NCBI RefSeq assembly: GCF_001194135.2
Contig: NC_068990.1
Location: 21,848,707-21,887,472, forward strand
From: Octopus bimaculoides
Taxonomy: Eukaryota
Direction of reading: 5' to 3'
DNA length: 38,766 bases
The notes under the pieces were generated by a model, which did no database searches, was not told the DNA's origin, and saw only the letters and a program-made list of their open reading frames with translations. This document shows positions 34,962 through 38,766 of the stretch, one piece after another. The position numbers and the translations under genes are program-made. How positions within the stretch are numbered: the first letter of the stretch is position 1; each line of letters begins with the position of its first letter.

Positions 34962-35133
34962 AGCTTAGCGGAATTTCTCGCAATTTTATATTCAAATTTC
35001 CCCGAGGTCGGTGTTTACCTTTCATCCTTTCGGAATCGATTAAATAAACACCAGTAAAGCACTTGGGTCGAAGTAATCGATTATAACTCTTCCAGCAAAT
35101 TTCAGATTCTTTGCTTTGAGTAGAAAGAATTAT
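34962..35133 (+). mobile_element. SINE family B, 5'-truncated
   Basis: gaggtcggtgtttacctttcatcctttcggaatcgattaaataaacaccag...gtcgaagtaatcga. Confidence 0.8.
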
Positions 35134-35145
35134 AGGATTAACATG

Positions 35146-35452
35146 ACCGGTTGATATCTCGACCAGACTTTTCGTCCGATGTCACTTTGTCCAACGTCAC
35201 GTCGTCCACGTCTTTTGGTCCGACGTCTTTTTGCCCGATGATTATTTTGTCCCACGGCGTTTTGTCCAATTTTAAATAAACTCTTTAGAAAACAAGGTGA
35301 ACATCAAAATCAAGTAATCATTGTGAATTTTATTAAGATTTGTCGTTGGACACAAAAAAATCATCGGACAGGACAAAAAGCCGTCGGACCGAAAGACGAA
35401 GACGAAAAGATGTCTTCCGAAGTGACGTCGGACGAAAAGACATAGCATCGGT
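35146..35452. mobile_element. Foldback-type MITE with ~110-125-bp inverted arms built from ~15-bp subrepeats
   Basis: Left arm (ttttcgtccgatgtc)-like units at 35168-35270; right arm (gacgtcggacgaaaa)-like units at 35341-35442; AT-rich ~70-bp spacer. Confidence 0.8.
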
Positions 35453-36324
35453 AACGATATACAGTTATGTGAGTCTCTACATTTACAAGGGCTACTACGA
35501 TGGACTAATTGAATCCTATTATTAAAGAGCAGAAAAGCTTTGAACTGAAGCAGATGTGACTAATATTTTTACTAAGTCGAAATCATTGGATTGTTATCGT
35601 TGTTTATTGATGATTTCTCGTAGACATAACTGATCTAATTAATGAAAATTATATTTTCTTCATATATACAATAAATATACAATAAATAAATACATAAAAT
35701 AAATATATCTATCGTCGAAGTTATGTGGGGAATGTTTTATTAGCATTATTAGTGTAACGAATACAAGTGGGTCGTATTTCATTGTATGTTTATTTCCCAA
35801 CTATCAAAAAGCTGTTTAACGAGACCGAGAAACAGACAGATACAGATGTATACTAAGATTTAAAGAAAGAGTAAGAGAAATAGATAGAGAGAGAGGGGGA
35901 GAGAAAGAGAGAATGACAGAGAAAGAGAAATAAAATGTAACATTTTGATGTTATGTAATTCATTTTGATACTCGTCCAAAGAAAATTTGGAAATATAAAT
36001 GGAAATAATAGTTCATACAAAGGGGTATATGTAGATAAACTCAACAAGGTGTAATGTTAATGAGTGCAACTCTTATTCTTCTGTCACCGAGTTCTTCCTT
36101 GTATTCCAAACGTCGTATAAGCGGTTGATCCTTCAGCTAAAAAAAACAACAGACTCACCGAGTGAAGGAAAATACGTGCACGTCTGTTGTTACATTTCAT
36201 ACAAGAATGAAAGATGAATTGAATAACGGGTGACCTAATCAACTTCAGCGGTAAAGACAAGTTTTAGGATCAATACAACAACAAAAGCAGGCCACAAGAA
36301 ACTGAGATGAGGAGAGAGGGACTG

Positions 36325-36365
<41 letters not shown>

Positions 36366-37642
36366 AATGTTTGATTTTGTGCTATAATAAAAGCAATTTT
36401 ACATACATCAAACTGAAGGATTTTTTCATACTTTTGGTCGAGTAGAAATTTATTTATCGGATAATCCGCTGATGGCTTAGCTGGCAGAAACTTCCAAGTC
36501 ACTCTCCAATACTAGTCTTTTGAAAGTTATATATATATATACATANNNNNNNNNNNNNNNNNNNNNNNNNNNNNNNNNNNNNNNNNNNNNNNNNNNNNNN
36601 NNNNNNNNNNNNNNNNNNNNNNNNNNNNNNNNNNNNNNNNNNNNNNNNNNNNNNNNNNNNNNNNNNNNNNNNNNNNNNNNNNNNNNNNNNNNNNNNNNNN
36701 NNNNNNNNNNNNNNNNNNNNNNNNNNNNNNNNNNNNNNNNNNNNNNNNNNNNNNNNNNNNNNNNNNNNNNNNNNNNNNNNNNNNNNNNNNNNNNNNNNNN
36801 NNNNNNNNNNNNNNNNNNNNNNNNNNNNNNNNNNNNNNNNNNNNNNNNNNNNNNNNNNNNNNNNNNNNNNNNNNNNNNNNNNNNNNNNNNNNNNNNNNNN
36901 NNNNNNNNNNNNNNNNNNNNNNNNNNNNNNNNNNNNNNNNNNNNNNNNNNNNNNNNNNNNNNNNNNNNNNNNNNNNNNNNNNNNNNNNNNNNNNNNNNNN
37001 NNNNNNNNNNNNNNNNNNNNNNNNNNNNNNNNNNNNNNNNNNNNNNNNNNNNNNNNNNNNNNNNNNNNNNNNNNNNNNNNNNNNNNNNNNNNNNNNNNNN
37101 NNNNNNNNNNNNNNNNNNNNNNNNNNNNNNNNNNNNNNNNNNNNNNNNNNNNNNNNNNNNNNNNNNNNNNNNNNNNNNNNNNNNNNNNNNNNNNNNNNNN
37201 NNNNNNNNNNNNNNNNNNNNNNNNNNNNNNNNNNNNNNNNNNNNNNNNNNNNNNNNNNNNNNNNNNNNNNNNNNNNNNNNNNNNNNNNNNNNNNNNNNNN
37301 NNNNNNNNNNNNNNNNNNNNNNNNNNNNNNNNNNNNNNNNNNNNNNNNNNNNNNNNNNNNNNNNNNNNNNNNNNNNNNNNNNNNNNNNNNNNNNNNNNNN
37401 NNNNNNNNNNNNNNNNNNNNNNNNNNNTCATTCACGAAAAACTTTAAGCATTTCTTTCCTTGTCCTATTACTCCTGTAATTCTCTCTCAATTTCAACAAT
37501 CCTATTTCAGATCGTCTGGAATTAAAACCCACCCGCCCAGAGAAAAAACTTCTCTTCATCTTTCCTGTTTACCTTTTTTGTCGTGATGTAATAGTAAAAT
37601 ATATAATGAAAGTTTTTGATGGCGATATTTAAACGCAAAAAA

Positions 37643-37852
37643 AGGTGGCGAGCTGGAAGAAACTTTAGCACTCCGGGCGAAATAATTAGCGATATTTCGT
37701 CTGTCTTTATGTTCAAATTCCGCTGAGGTCAACTTTGCTTTTCATCCTTTCCGGGTCGATAATTTAAGTACCAGTTGCATACTGGAGTCGATCTAATCGA
37801 CTGGTCTCTCCCCCAAATTTGGGACCTTGTGCCCAGAGTAGAAAAGGATATT
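37643..37852 (+). mobile_element. SINE family B, full length
   Basis: ggtggcgagctggaagaaac..ttagcactccgggcgaaat...gaggtcaactttgcttttcatcctttccgggtcgataatttaagtaccag...ccttgtgcccagagtagaaaagg. Confidence 0.92.
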
Positions 37853-37999
37853 TATACCGAAAAGTTTAGAGATAGATCTAAATAAGTAATTTTCGTTATA
37901 TTCGCTGACTTTCAAAAGAAAAACAGAACTGTAAGGACAATGCATTCATTACGATATGAGTAAGATATTTTGTAATTATTTAGTGTATTAGTAAACATT

Positions 38000-38262
38000 G
38001 GGGGCAGCTAGTAAGCAGAACTGTTGCAGCGATGGGAGAAGTTTTGCGTGCTTGTTCTGTTTCTTTTCAACCTCAATTCAAATACAACAGAAGTTAGTTT
38101 GTCAGCTTTAAAATTCATCTTCCAGGGGCAGATGAAATAAAGTACTCGTCATTTACTGCGGTAGATACACTCGGGAGAAGGCGCATAGCTTAATGCCTAA
38201 AGATATTTGATTCATGATCGCAAGGTGGTAAACCCGATTCCTGGTGGCACGTTGTGTCAGAT
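38000..38262 (+). mobile_element. Very diverged SINE B copy followed by a family C tRNA-head fragment
   Basis: Weak similarity over 38000-38165; aggcgcatagcttaatgcctaaagatatttgattcatgatcgcaaggtggtaaacccgattcctgg at 38175-38250. Confidence 0.45.
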
Positions 38263-38347
38263 GAACTCGACCCCGCACCTTCCCTTTCTTTCAGAATAAC
38301 TTAGAAAAATTTGTGGAATAACGTCCAGAGTATTCCTTTTCTTCCAG

Positions 38348-38398
38348 ATAATCCTTTCAACTCAACTACATTTCAGGAACGCGATCACCATTATTCTG
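38348..38398 (+). CDS. Candidate 51-nt exon ((D)NPFNSTTFQERDHHYS(G) phase 1, or IILSTQLHFRNAITIIL phase 0)
   Basis: Strong acceptor tattccttttcttccag|, donor ctg|gtaagg, length divisible by 3. Confidence 0.3.
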
Positions 38399-38719
38399 GT
38401 AAGGTTACGACTTCTAATGATGATCAGTTGCCAACGGAAACAAAACCCAAATTTTGCCGAGCGTGAAATGAATGTAATAAGAATGAAGGACTCCGGCTAT
38501 ATATAAGTGTATTAGTGTGTTCTTAAATAAGTCCGTATTAAGCAAACCGTATATACGAATGTTCTTTTTGTTTACACTCATTTAGAAACTAATTTTGTTT
38601 ATGCTATGTCCCTTTAAGTCACGTAACTTTGAAATTCAATGAGATAAAAATCAATAAAATAAATAGTAGCTTAAAAATAGTGTTAGGTTCAAAATCTCGA
38701 AGGATGTATCCAAGCATGG

Positions 38720-38722
<3 letters not shown>

Positions 38723-38766
<44 letters not shown>
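38723..38766. repeat. (CA)n microsatellite
   Basis: Direct reading. Confidence 0.95.

Larger units (their letters stand above)
2452..37427. other. Ten assembly gaps (N runs) within this span
   Basis: 2452-2533, 4836-5003, 6117-6349, 8160-8169, 13047-13387, 15547-15861, 27780-27879, 29094-29107, 31230-31486, 36546-37427. Most abut SSRs. Confidence 0.98.

Noticed and set aside
35146-35452. CRISPR-like periodic repeats
   Set aside because: The 15-bp units are contiguous without unique spacers and form inverted arms in eukaryotic DNA; they belong to a MITE.

Overview
Eukaryotic, AT-rich, non-coding-dominated scaffold window with 10 N-gaps, most abutting microsatellites. The SSR density and three tRNA-derived SINE families point to an octopus (coleoid cephalopod) genome; this is an inference. 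No intact protein-coding gene, RNA gene or CRISPR array is supportable, and almost all ORF-track entries are microsatellite or gap translations. Recognisable content: about 28 SINE copies or fragments, several decayed Penelope-like elements (one Naiad-type RT fragment, two Neptune-type linker/GIY-YIG relics, three or more minimal hammerhead-ribozyme relics), a decayed hAT transposase, Tc1 fragments, a hAT-Charlie MITE with TSD and a foldback-type MITE. A few isolated candidate exons have good splice sites. Family names come from remembered motifs, not database searches.
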